This document shows, in pieces, positions 18,272 to 26,276 of a stretch of 64,000 nucleotides of DNA. Source of the DNA: Thermodesulfobacteriota bacterium (lineage in GTDB: Bacteria > Desulfobacterota > Binatia > Bin18). The notes beneath the pieces are model-generated. The model did no database searches. It saw only the letters and a program-made list of their open reading frames with translations, and had not been told where the DNA came from. The translations under genes and the position numbers were made by a program. The DNA lies in assembly GCA_964291405.2 (NCBI GenBank), contig OZ219926.1:4416001-4480000 (forward strand). Reading direction: 5' to 3'. How positions within the stretch are numbered: position 1 is the stretch's first letter; the number at the start of each line of letters is the position of its first letter.

Positions 18272-18445
18272 TTAATACCCTTCCAGAAGCCCTTCAGAAA
18301 AGCGTTGCCCACAGTTCTCCGATAACGCCTCGGTGGTTCCGTCTATCGCACCGATATGTGCAGAGAGGAAGTCAAACAGGCTAGGCTCCTTGTCTTCAGA
18401 CGTTTGCTTTCCTTCTACTTTAAGAGGTACGGTAATTGTCATCAT
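18272..18445 (-). CDS. Small 57-aa antitoxin-like ORF, possibly an internally deleted remnant (absent from the ORF track)
   Basis: Manual translation MMTITVPLKVEGKQTSEDKEPSLFDFLSAHIGAIDGTTEALSENCGQRFSEGLLEGY; resembles antitoxins that precede PIN toxins; no toxin follows. Confidence 0.4.
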   Translation of the reverse strand: MMTITVPLKVEGKQTSEDKEPSLFDFLSAHIGAIDGTTEALSENCGQRFSEGLLEGY

Positions 18446-18619
18446 AAGCCCAGCCCCATCATCGTTCTAGCAATCTTCCAAAGGAATATCGAAAATACTC
18501 GACTGCTACCAGCCTCGCCTCCTGGTAGAGTCGGATTAGAGTGTATGGAATTGGGACGCTGGAGCAAACGGAATTACGGATTGTGATAATAGTGTATTGG
18601 CTGAAGGAGGACGACGAAC

Positions 18620-18847
18620 ATGGCAACATTAACAATCCGAATTCCTGACGCGCACCGGGACCGGCTGGCGGCTATGGCTGCTCAGCGTGGCCTGAGCCTG
18701 AACAAGCTGATGGAAGAACTCTCCGTGCGGGCGCTGGCCGAACACGACACCGAAATGCGCTTTCGCATGCGCGCGGCGCGCGGCAAGACCGATCGGGGGC
18801 TGAAACTGCTCGACGAACTGGACCGCCGCTATGCCCAGGACTCGTGA
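18620..18847 (+). CDS. Ribbon-helix-helix antitoxin (HicB-like annotation family), orphan
   Basis: MATLTIRIPD..RDRL..MA..RGLSLNKLMEELS; RBS AAGGAGG. Confidence 0.78.
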   Translation: MATLTIRIPDAHRDRLAAMAAQRGLSLNKLMEELSVRALAEHDTEMRFRMRAARGKTDRGLKLLDELDRRYAQDS

Positions 18848-18973
18848 GGTCTGGCAGCCCGCTGAAACGTAGCGCCGCGCGCTACCTTGCAATACAGTGT
18901 CCTTCCCTGGTACTTCCCGCCAACTCAGGCTATGCTCCCTTCACTCAAAGAGCGATAAGGAAAGGAGACCTGC

Positions 18974-19522
18974 ATGAAGCTCGCTGCCCCCCGTTTGGAC
19001 CCTATTCAACCCGAAGACTGGAGCGATGAGATCAAGAAAATTCTACAGCCCAATGTCGAAAAGGGGACGGTTTTTAATATCTTCAAAACCCTGTCCCACC
19101 ATCCCGACCTGTTTCGCCGCTGGCTCGTATTCGGCAATCACGTATTGTTCAAATCCACCCTTCCGCCGCGCGAGAGAGAATTGATCATCCTGCGCATCGG
19201 CTGGCTGTGTGAGGCCGAGTATGAGTGGGCTCAGCATGTGCTGATTGGCAAAGAAGCCGGACTGACTGCCGAGGAGATTGACCGTATCAAAGCCGGCCCG
19301 AATGCGCGGGGTTGGAGCGAGGCGGATAAGCTGCTGCTGCAAGCCACGGATGAACTGCGGAAAGACGCGTTTATCACGGATGCGACCTGGAACGGCTTAT
19401 GCCAGCATTTTGACAAAAAACAGCTTATGGACGTGGTGTTTGCCGTGGGGCAGTACAATCTGGTGTCCATGGCGCTGAATACTTTGGGCGTGCAGTTGGA
19501 TGACGGTTTGGAGGGGTTTTGA
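18974..19522 (+). CDS. Carboxymuconolactone decarboxylase/AhpD-like protein
   Basis: LPPRERELIILRIG, CEAEYEWAQH, VGQYNLVS. Confidence 0.87.
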   Translation: MKLAAPRLDPIQPEDWSDEIKKILQPNVEKGTVFNIFKTLSHHPDLFRRWLVFGNHVLFKSTLPPRERELIILRIGWLCEAEYEWAQHVLIGKEAGLTAEEIDRIKAGPNARGWSEADKLLLQATDELRKDAFITDATWNGLCQHFDKKQLMDVVFAVGQYNLVSMALNTLGVQLDDGLEGF

Positions 19523-19526
19523 GGGA

Positions 19527-19621
19527 AACCCACCTCGACCCTTCGACAAGCTCAGGGCCACCCCTCCGAGGAGGGGATTACAGAAGCTCTGTAGGTCGGA
19601 TTAGCGGAGCGTAATCCGACA
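19527..19621. repeat. Composite intergenic repeats: CCCCTCC-hairpin element with an inserted CCCTTCGACAAGCTCAGG unit, plus a GTAG-type REP
   Basis: aacccacc...cccctccgaggaggggatt at 19527-19579; tgtaggtcggattagcggagcgtaatccgaca at 19590-19621; partial related REP near 21686. Confidence 0.65.
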
Positions 19622-19688
19622 CCTCCGTGGAATAGCAACACGCTCTTTTGCACCACCCGTAACGGAGGGGATTAAATACGGAGGAAGC

Positions 19689-20489
19689 ATGGGAGACAGA
19701 CTGAAGGATAAGGTGGCCATTGTGGTCGGGGCCGGGCAGACACCGGGCGAGACGATTGGCAACGGTCGGGCCACGGCGATTGTCTATGCCCGTGAGGGAG
19801 CCAGGGTGCTGCTGGTGGACCGCCGGCTGGAGTCCGCCCAGGACACGCAGGTCATGATTGAGCAAGAAGGCGGGACCGCGTCTGCTTTTGCCGCGGACGC
19901 GACCAGTGAGGCCGACTGCCAGAAAATGGCGGAAGTCTGTGTCGAACGCTATGGACGTATCGACATTCTGCACAATAACGTTGGCATTGGTGACGGCGAC
20001 TCGGGTATGACCAGTATGCAGGAAGAAAACTGGGACCGCATTCTCAGCGTGAACATGAAGAGCGTGATTATGCCGAGTAAATGCGTCATTCCCATTATGC
20101 GCGGCCAGCGCAGCGGGGCGATTATCAATATCTCCTCCATTGCCGCGGTCTGTGCGGTGGGCATTCTGGCCTATAAGACCTCAAAGGCCGGAGTGAACGC
20201 GATTACGCATCAGATGGCGCTGGGCAACGCCAAGCACGGCATTCGGGTAAATTGTATTATGCCCGGTCTGATGGACACGCCCATGGCCATTGAAGGCATT
20301 TCAAAGGCCCGAGGAATTTCCAAAGAGCAATTACGCCAGGAACGTGACGCCTCCGTGCCTTTGGGGGCGAAAATGGGTACAGGCTGGGATATTGCCAACG
20401 CCTCGCTCTTTCTGGCCTCGGACGAAGCAAAGTTTATCACTGGGGTGCTGCTGCCGGTTGACGGCGGCCAGAGCGCGCGTATTGGCTAA
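19689..20489 (+). CDS. Short-chain dehydrogenase/reductase
   Basis: GNGRA, HNNVG, YKTSK, IRVNCIMPG. Confidence 0.92.
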   Translation: MGDRLKDKVAIVVGAGQTPGETIGNGRATAIVYAREGARVLLVDRRLESAQDTQVMIEQEGGTASAFAADATSEADCQKMAEVCVERYGRIDILHNNVGIGDGDSGMTSMQEENWDRILSVNMKSVIMPSKCVIPIMRGQRSGAIINISSIAAVCAVGILAYKTSKAGVNAITHQMALGNAKHGIRVNCIMPGLMDTPMAIEGISKARGISKEQLRQERDASVPLGAKMGTGWDIANASLFLASDEAKFITGVLLPVDGGQSARIG

Positions 20490-20531
20490 ACTGGTGCGTA
20501 AGACGCATCCGAGCAGAAAAGGAGGTTCGCC

Positions 20532-20975
20532 GTGTCAACACTGCTGCATATGTCGTTTCGGGTGAATGATCCGCAACGCTCTGCCGAACTGTATGCCGAC
20601 TTGCTTGACGGCAAGGTAGTCGGTTCGGGACCACAGTTGAACAGCATCGGCGTGCGCACGGTCGTGTTCGGCGACTGGCAGCCCGGCCGGCTGAATGACA
20701 TCATGGAATTCTGGCCGCTGGACAAACACTGGGCCAAGGGTGAGTTTACCGACCGCACGGTTGGGCAGGACCACCACTTCGGGCATATCGCGTTTACAAC
20801 CGAAAAATCCTTCGACCAACTGGCCGCCATCGCCGCCAAGCACAAGGTTGAAATCGTCGAAGAAGAACGCGGTCTGCCCCACCTCGTGCCCGTCATCTAC
20901 GACCACGAGGGCAACTTCGTGGAGTTCTTCTCGGAGAGTGATCGCCTGCCTACATCCCGTCGATCCGATGCCTGA
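20532..20975 (+). CDS. VOC/glyoxalase family protein
   Basis: LLHMSFRVND, GHIAF, DHEGNFVEF; RBS AAGGAGG before GTG. Confidence 0.8.
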   Translation: MSTLLHMSFRVNDPQRSAELYADLLDGKVVGSGPQLNSIGVRTVVFGDWQPGRLNDIMEFWPLDKHWAKGEFTDRTVGQDHHFGHIAFTTEKSFDQLAAIAAKHKVEIVEEERGLPHLVPVIYDHEGNFVEFFSESDRLPTSRRSDA

Positions 20976-21053
20976 CCTGGGCGGTTAAGATGGAACGCCC
21001 TGGGCACCGGGTCATTAAGGGCCATGAGCGTACCCCGCAAAATCCCCTCCTTG

Positions 21054-21258
21054 GGACGTGTGCTGCATATTGTGGTGTGAGCCTCCCAGGACCGGTCCGG
21101 CGGCCCCCGCCTCGGACCGCTCGCCCTCGCGCTGCCTGGGAGAGCGGCCATCTTGGCCGCTTGCGGGCTGGAAGCCCGCACTCCTGGCCCCCTGTCGCAG
21201 ACAGGCACGGCGCAGGGGAGCGGGGGCTGCCGGGTAACGTAATTTGCATCACACGTCC
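21054..21258. mobile_element. MITE with 18-bp imperfect TIRs inserted in another repeat
   Basis: GGACGTGTGCTGCATATT ... AATTTGCATCACACGTCC; flanks TTG/TCG; splits aatcccctcc / ggaggggtggccgaaggccggggtgggtt. Confidence 0.7.
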
Positions 21259-21322
21259 TCGGGAGGGGTGGCCGAAGGCCGGGGTGGGTTCCTGAGAGGC
21301 CCCCTTTCAAACGAGTCAGCAA

Positions 21323-21679
21323 ATGAAGGCTACGGTGTTTACCTGCATATGGTTTTTGTTGCTGGTCCACGTAGTCAGCGGAGTGGAGGCTCCGCCTACA
21401 GACTTTCCCGAATTCGATCCGGAAAATCCCAAAGCAAGCGGCATAATTCTGTCGTTTCACCACTGGCCCGATGAAGAGGAAGCCGTAGCGCTTCTTCAAA
21501 AGACCACGACGGCAGGTCTGAATAAGACAGAGGAAATTGAGAGGTTCAAGGCTTGGGTCTTTGAGTGGCCGGAGTTGCGGGAAGGTATGAAGGCGCAGGA
21601 GGTGTGCGACAGTCTTCCGCAATTGTCCTCTCTGGCGTACTGCGAGCCGGACTATTTACTTGGCCCGGCCGGCTCATAA
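21323..21679 (+). CDS. Small secreted protein resembling a stand-alone subtilase propeptide
   Basis: Hydrophobic N-terminus; GIILSF...LAYCEPDY ending typical of S8 prodomains. Function is inferred. Confidence 0.55.
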   Translation: MKATVFTCIWFLLLVHVVSGVEAPPTDFPEFDPENPKASGIILSFHHWPDEEEAVALLQKTTTAGLNKTEEIERFKAWVFEWPELREGMKAQEVCDSLPQLSSLAYCEPDYLLGPAGS

Positions 21680-21717
21680 AAAGCCCGTAGGTTAGGTTAG
21701 CGAAGCGTAACAAATGG

Positions 21718-22587
21718 TCACGATTCGACTGTCTCGATGACATAATTTACAAAAGCCGAACAACAGATCAACATGAACCGAGCGTCCGTCTTGGTGAGAT
21801 TGTCTTCCTCTAATAAAGCGTGTCTGATCCCGTCGGCATCACGAGTGTAACCATACAGCGAAGAAAATGTCTCCTTCAATGCTGGGTGTAATTCTCCTTT
21901 TTGTTCCAATCTCTTTAACAATTTTCCTAAAGTTGCCTTGTCATCCCCTGTGATCTTTTTCGCCAACGCCTCAATTGACGATATGGACTCCTTCATGGAG
22001 TTTCTGTAGTCAGGGTTTGACTTGTCAGAATACAAGTCCAGAGCGCTTCTTAGATGATCCTGCACGCCGCTGTAAGGAATCGATTTTGCTATTGCCGATT
22101 CAACTGATTCAATTTCTTCCTTCGAAGTTATTTCTACTATTTTCCCACTAACGAACCGGTAAGCGGAGTTCTCTCGCTGGAGGTGATAGTTGCAGTTCTT
22201 TATAAAGCCTTCTTCTACAGATGTCTCTTTTTCTTGGGTGGTATTCGCAATAAACTCTACAAAGTCATAAACTTCCCACCATGGTGCATCGAAGAAATAA
22301 TCTCGTATGTGTTTGCGACAGTTCCTCCAATGGTCATCTATCTCATCAATGGGGTCCCGAAAATAGTCTATCCATAGCGCCCTAATCAAATACCATAAAT
22401 TCGATCGACGCACGCCGTAAGGGCTCTTGCCGTAGGGTTAAGGCGCACCATATATGTCGAATTCACGATATAAATTCCAGTAGCTTTCCGTTAAGGCATT
22501 CCATAGCCCGTTCCGAAGATCGTCATCAATCGATTCAATCTGCGCCACCTTCGGTGACTTGATTCCCCTTCTTTCTGAAAATCTCAT
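21718..22587 (-). pseudogene. AbiJ N-terminal-domain (NTD4-like) protein with a premature TAA at codon 50
   Basis: MRFSERRG..QIESIDDDLRNGLWN from ATG 22587 is in frame with ORF 21718..22413; stop at 22438-22440; WWEVYDFVEF and LYGYTRDADGIRHAL motifs; AT-rich. Confidence 0.75.
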
Positions 22588-22828
22588 CACTTCAAGTCCA
22601 GCCCATCGGCGACCGTTGCGTCGAGGTCCCGCCAGTCTTCGCCGGCTCAGGCCATGGCGCGGTAGGTGTCTCTCCAGAAGAGCTTGTCTTTTTTCGGGCC
22701 GTGCAAAAGGATGCCGTCTCTCGTATCCTCCAGGACAAGCGAGTCGCTCCAGCCGTATTTCTGGATTAACACCTTCGGAGGACGGATACCCTCGGCCGTG
22801 CGTTGCGGCCGCTAGGTGTTTCGCTCAT
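22587..22828 (-). pseudogene. AbrB/MazE/SpoVT-type antitoxin pseudogene
   Basis: GIRPPKVLIQKYGWSDSLVLEDTRDGILL...WRDTYRAMA*AGEDWRDLDATVADGLD; frameshift near the 5' end plus an internal TGA; RBS AAGGAG upstream. Confidence 0.65.
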
Positions 22829-22915
22829 TGTCACGGTTCTCCTTATCCAGTTTTAACCCCTCCAGGTGAAATTCAATCACCTCTTTCATATTTTTTCCAA
22901 CCACAATGAGGTATT

Positions 22916-23782
22916 TCATTTCTGTTGAAGACTGAATCGCTCTACCATTTCGGCTGTTCGAGTCCAGGGTTCACCGGGGAGTCGCTCAATCAGGCTTGTG
23001 AAGACAAGCATGAATGCCGCCTTGATCGTCGCGTCCGTCAACTCTGTGGCTTCTGTAACCGAGACTAAAGGACGGACATCATTCATAAAGCCGGACTTTC
23101 TCAATTTTGTAAACATTCTTTTCTCGGCCTGAGCGCGGCTGATCCTCAGCCCCGAATGGTTGAGATAAAGGCCAAAGCATTCAGTTACCCGCGAGACATT
23201 GAAGTCCCCAAAGACCGTTAAGGCGTGGGCGATGTCGAACAAGTCTCTCCCCCTGTCTCGCTGGAGCAGCGCACGCAATTTGGTAGCCAGCATCTCTTCT
23301 CTGGAAAACGTTGCGACATTCGCCGTTCCGGAAAACCATGGATTGTCCACACCAAAGGGAATTTCCACCGGTGTATCGTACGCTTCGACTTCTGTGGTGT
23401 TGATTTCGATCTTCAGCCTGATTTGTGCTGTTGGATCATCTTCGGCCGGCACCCTGAACCGGAGCTTGGGAGCGATGGGGCTCTGGTCGAAACTGGCATG
23501 TCCCAGCCACGGTTCGAGTACGGAACGAATACGGTCGAGGATTGGCCCGATCGGCCCTGCTGTAGTCCGAACGAAGTCAATATCCTCCGAATAGCGCAAC
23601 GGCGCTGGAAAATGCAGCTTGTTGAGTGCCGTACCGCCACGAAAACGTAACTCTCTGTGCAGAAATGACTCTCTAAACACCTCGACGATTGCACGGCTGA
23701 TGATCAGGTCCTGCTCGACTTGCCGCAGTTCAGCCCAAGGAACAGTCGCACCCCAAGCTACGATATTGAGAGACGGTATCAT
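22916..23782 (-). CDS. abiEii: Type IV TA toxin, AbiEii/AbiGii nucleotidyltransferase
   Basis: QVEQDLIIS, FRGGTALNK, RYSEDIDF, TKLRALLQR, RDLFD. Confidence 0.92.
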   Translation of the reverse strand: MIPSLNIVAWGATVPWAELRQVEQDLIISRAIVEVFRESFLHRELRFRGGTALNKLHFPAPLRYSEDIDFVRTTAGPIGPILDRIRSVLEPWLGHASFDQSPIAPKLRFRVPAEDDPTAQIRLKIEINTTEVEAYDTPVEIPFGVDNPWFSGTANVATFSREEMLATKLRALLQRDRGRDLFDIAHALTVFGDFNVSRVTECFGLYLNHSGLRISRAQAEKRMFTKLRKSGFMNDVRPLVSVTEATELTDATIKAAFMLVFTSLIERLPGEPWTRTAEMVERFSLQQK

Positions 23783-24607
23783 TTATCGTTCGACCTCGGG
23801 GATTCGGCGGATGACAACGCGCCATTTTTCATCCCGCTCGACTGGGGCTAGTGTAAAATCCGGGTCGTTGGCCTCGGCTGGGTCAAGTTCAATCCAGCCT
23901 ATTCGCTGTGTAGTCAGTGCGGCGTACAGCGGACGAGTCCGGTCCATATGACCGAGCCATTCAAGTAGTCTTCCGAGCCGTTGCGTAGTTGGTCGTTTGA
24001 ATGCTTTCGACAATACGGCGAGCTTTTCGGCGTCAAGTCCGTCAGCCAAATCGGTCAAGACCGTCGCGATATTGTCGAGCCCGGCTGCAGCGTGTGGATA
24101 ACGCAGCAGGTCCAGAGCGGTTAACTCCGGCGACGAGACTTTCATATGGCCCGTGTCGGTCTTGTGGTCTTGTATGCCTTGGCTGACCTCGGTGATTTTC
24201 TTGCGGTAGTAGAAGACGATAGGGGACCGCCCGACTCGTATCTTTGGCAGACGCTTATCGGCTACGACCTGAAATTCCGTGACGGCCTGATGGGTTGCCC
24301 CGTGCAGTTCCGCCGCCTTGAGCAGGCCGGTATAGTAAAGACATCTCTCGAACCGCATCAGCTCGTCGATATACCAGGACGGCGGTGGCGCGCCCCAGGC
24401 ATGAAATTGCGGCGGCACAATCACGTAAAAGCCGCGACGGGGGCTGATCAGACGCTGCTGGCGCTGGAGCCGTTCCGCAGCGTCCAGAAAGGCTCCGTGG
24501 CCAATGCCGAGCGCTTCGGCTGCTTCGTCGCATGAGAAGACGAGGCGGCCAACTGCGAGCAGGCTCGTTGTCCATGCGGAAAGAGTTCTCCTGTGAGACA
24601 AAGCCAT
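23783..24607 (-). CDS. abiEi: Type IV TA antitoxin, AbiEi family transcriptional regulator
   Basis: N-terminal wHTH (RRGFYVIVPP), YYTGLLKAAELHGATHQ, VSSPELTALDL; abuts abiEii. Confidence 0.9.
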   Translation of the reverse strand: MALSHRRTLSAWTTSLLAVGRLVFSCDEAAEALGIGHGAFLDAAERLQRQQRLISPRRGFYVIVPPQFHAWGAPPPSWYIDELMRFERCLYYTGLLKAAELHGATHQAVTEFQVVADKRLPKIRVGRSPIVFYYRKKITEVSQGIQDHKTDTGHMKVSSPELTALDLLRYPHAAAGLDNIATVLTDLADGLDAEKLAVLSKAFKRPTTQRLGRLLEWLGHMDRTRPLYAALTTQRIGWIELDPAEANDPDFTLAPVERDEKWRVVIRRIPEVER

Positions 24608-24650
24608 GTTGAAAAATCCGCTTAATATGCGGATATTACAACATGGCTTT
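24600..24650. promoter_or_regulatory. Probable AbiEi operator: 22-bp inverted repeat overlapping the abiEi start codon
   Basis: AAAGCCATGTTGAAAAATCCGC-ttaatat-GCGGATATTACAACATGGCTTT (2 mismatches). Confidence 0.75.
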
Positions 24651-24670
24651 TCAAAACGTGAACTTCATAT

Positions 24671-24746
24671 CGTCAGTCTCGCGGAAGTAGGAATCCCGCC
24701 AGAGGTAGTAGAGTGGGCTGGATACCGGGTCAAGCCCGGTATGGCG
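24671..24746. repeat. Degenerate copy of the 13521-13595 palindromic element
   Basis: cgtcagtctcgcggaagtaggaatcc...ctggataccgggtcaagcccggtatggcg. Confidence 0.6.
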
Positions 24747-24784
24747 AGAGTCAGTGGAGTAGCGCTAAGGAATTGGCCTGTAGC

Positions 24785-26083
24785 TCACAAATTCCCCACT
24801 TCCAACTCCAGCATCTCCCCATACTTCTGAATCGCCTGCTCGCGTAGCGCCGGCAGATGGCCGGTGGGGAACAGGCCCTTGGTGCCTTCGTACTCGCGCA
24901 GAACCTGGCGGGCGACGGTGACCTTATGCACTTCGGTCGGGCCGTCGGCCAAGCCCATGACGAAGGATTCAGTGATCTGCTTGGAGAAGGGCATTTCGTT
25001 GGACACACCGAGCGAACCGTGCAGGTAGAGCGCGCGGCAGGCCACGTCGTGAAAGACTTTGGGCATCTGAGCTTTGACTGCGGCAATGTCTTTGCGCACC
25101 TTGCGGTAGTCCTTGTACTTGTCGATGCGCCAGGCGGTTTGCAGCACGAGCAGCCGGAACTGTTCGATCTCGATCCAGGAGTCGGCGATTTTCTCCTGGA
25201 CCATCTGTTTGTTGGCCAGGATTTCACCCTGGGTTTCGCGTGATAACACCCGCTCGCACATCAGATCGAACGATTTCTTGACCTGGCCGATGGTGCGCAT
25301 GGCGTGGTGAATCCGTCCGCCACCCAGGCGCGTCTGAGCGACCTCAAAGCCCTGGCCGGGTCCACCCAGAATATGATCTGCGGGAATCCGCACGTCTTCA
25401 TAGCTGATATAGGCGTGGTCGCCCTCGTCCTCGGACTCTTCGCCAATACCGACATTCCGAATGATGTTGATGCCCGGCGTGTCTGCCGGTACCACGAACA
25501 TGGACATGCTCTGATACGGCGCAGCGTCCGGGTCGGTCACGACCATGACGATCAGAAAGCTGGCCCAGCGAGCGTTTGAGGAAAACCACTTCTGGCCGTT
25601 GATGACCCACTGGTCCCCGTCCCGTTCAGCCCTGCATTTGAACATCTTGGGGTCGGCGCCGGCATGCGGCTCGGTCATGGAAAAGCACGACACGATCTCG
25701 TTGTTGAGCAACGGCTTGAGAAAGCGCTCTTTCAGTTCCGGCGTGCCGTAGTGCGCCAGTATTTCGCTGTTGCCCGTATCCGGGGCCTGGCAGCCGAAGA
25801 CGATGGACGCAAAGCGGGAGCGGCCTAGTATTTCATTCATGAGGGCGAGCTTGAGCTGGCCATAGCCGGGGCCGCCCAGTTCCGGTCCCAGATGACAGGC
25901 CCACAGGCCGCGCTGCCTGACCTGTTCTTGGAGTTTGGGTACGATTTTTCGGTTGCGCGGATTCTGAATATCGTATGGATTGCCTAAAATGTGGTCTAAG
26001 GGTTCGACCTCTTGACGGACAAATTCTGTAATCCAATCCAGTTCTTTTTGAAATTCCGGCTCGGTTTCAAAACCCCAGGACAT
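24785..26083 (-). CDS. Acyl-CoA dehydrogenase
   Basis: CQAPDTGNSE, FSMTEP, INGQKWFSS, RLGGGRIHHAMR, ADGPTEVH. Confidence 0.93.
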   Translation of the reverse strand: MSWGFETEPEFQKELDWITEFVRQEVEPLDHILGNPYDIQNPRNRKIVPKLQEQVRQRGLWACHLGPELGGPGYGQLKLALMNEILGRSRFASIVFGCQAPDTGNSEILAHYGTPELKERFLKPLLNNEIVSCFSMTEPHAGADPKMFKCRAERDGDQWVINGQKWFSSNARWASFLIVMVVTDPDAAPYQSMSMFVVPADTPGINIIRNVGIGEESEDEGDHAYISYEDVRIPADHILGGPGQGFEVAQTRLGGGRIHHAMRTIGQVKKSFDLMCERVLSRETQGEILANKQMVQEKIADSWIEIEQFRLLVLQTAWRIDKYKDYRKVRKDIAAVKAQMPKVFHDVACRALYLHGSLGVSNEMPFSKQITESFVMGLADGPTEVHKVTVARQVLREYEGTKGLFPTGHLPALREQAIQKYGEMLELEVGNL

Positions 26084-26276
26084 ACGCTCCTCCTTATCGT
26101 GATCGTTTCGCTTGCGTGAGCGCCGCCAGAGTAGTCCCTTGCTTCTCGTCTGTCGATGTCCCCCAGCGCAGCATGGATAGGCAAGCGTCAGGAAAGCCTC
26201 GCCGATGGACTGCTAAGAAATGCCGCTCCGAAGCGTTAGTGACAGCAGGAGTGGGGCATCCTCTGCCGCCAATCGT

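Noticed and set aside
20897-21622. 241-aa minus-strand ORF and overlapping ~100-aa ORFs
   Set aside because: They run through the nested repeat/MITE; composition is not protein-like.
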